Below, in pieces: positions 64,000 through 64,000 of a DNA stretch of 64,000 bases. The notes beneath the pieces were generated by a model. It was not told the DNA's origin. It did not search any database and saw nothing but the letters and a program-made list of their open reading frames with translations. A program made the position numbers and the translations under genes. Position 1 is the first letter of the stretch. Each line of letters starts with the position of its first letter. The stretch is from a virus (lineage: Duplodnaviria; Caudoviricetes), in IMG/VR virus record IMGVR_UViG_3300027754_000085, positions 989 to 64,988 of that record. The stretch is one strand, 5' to 3'.

Positions 64000-64000
64000 C

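Overview
A 64-kb segment of a large contractile-tailed (myovirus-type) dsDNA phage. The host is most likely an actinobacterium, inferred from two WhiB genes and several TANNNT-N6/7-ATG leaderless starts. Left to right: (1) a collagen-like fibre gene followed by a reverse-strand 5-gene glycan cassette (GH130-like, TPR, methyltransferase, ATP-grasp, GT25); (2) tandem Gly-rich/FN3 fibre-plus-partner cassettes; (3) a coupled array of about 11 tiny Lys-rich proteins; (4) tail sheath, tube, tape measure and baseplate; (5) a full replication/recombination block (initiator, DnaC-like loader, DnaB, primase, SNF2 helicase, SSB, PolA, RecA, resolvases, Cas4-like nuclease) that also holds a subtilisin protease and SpoVS; (6) a second array of small proteins; (7) a nucleotidyltransferase/HAD-like/TGT-like operon and a class II RNR; (8) a convergent minus-strand early-type arm with a tyrosine integrase, attP-like repeats, an AlpA-like HTH, a pyrimidine-dimer glycosylase, WhiB and a stand-alone sigma-region-4-like protein. 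The most striking signals are an abrupt DNA-level change in the last about 6 kb (GATC enriched about 4-5 fold by hand count, GTAC and TGCA not found), a frame-independent GGCTT-N7-GGCTT motif across three genes, and the NTase operon with two apparent pseudo-enzymes. All calls come from motif recognition by eye. No database searches were run, and all counts are manual and approximate.
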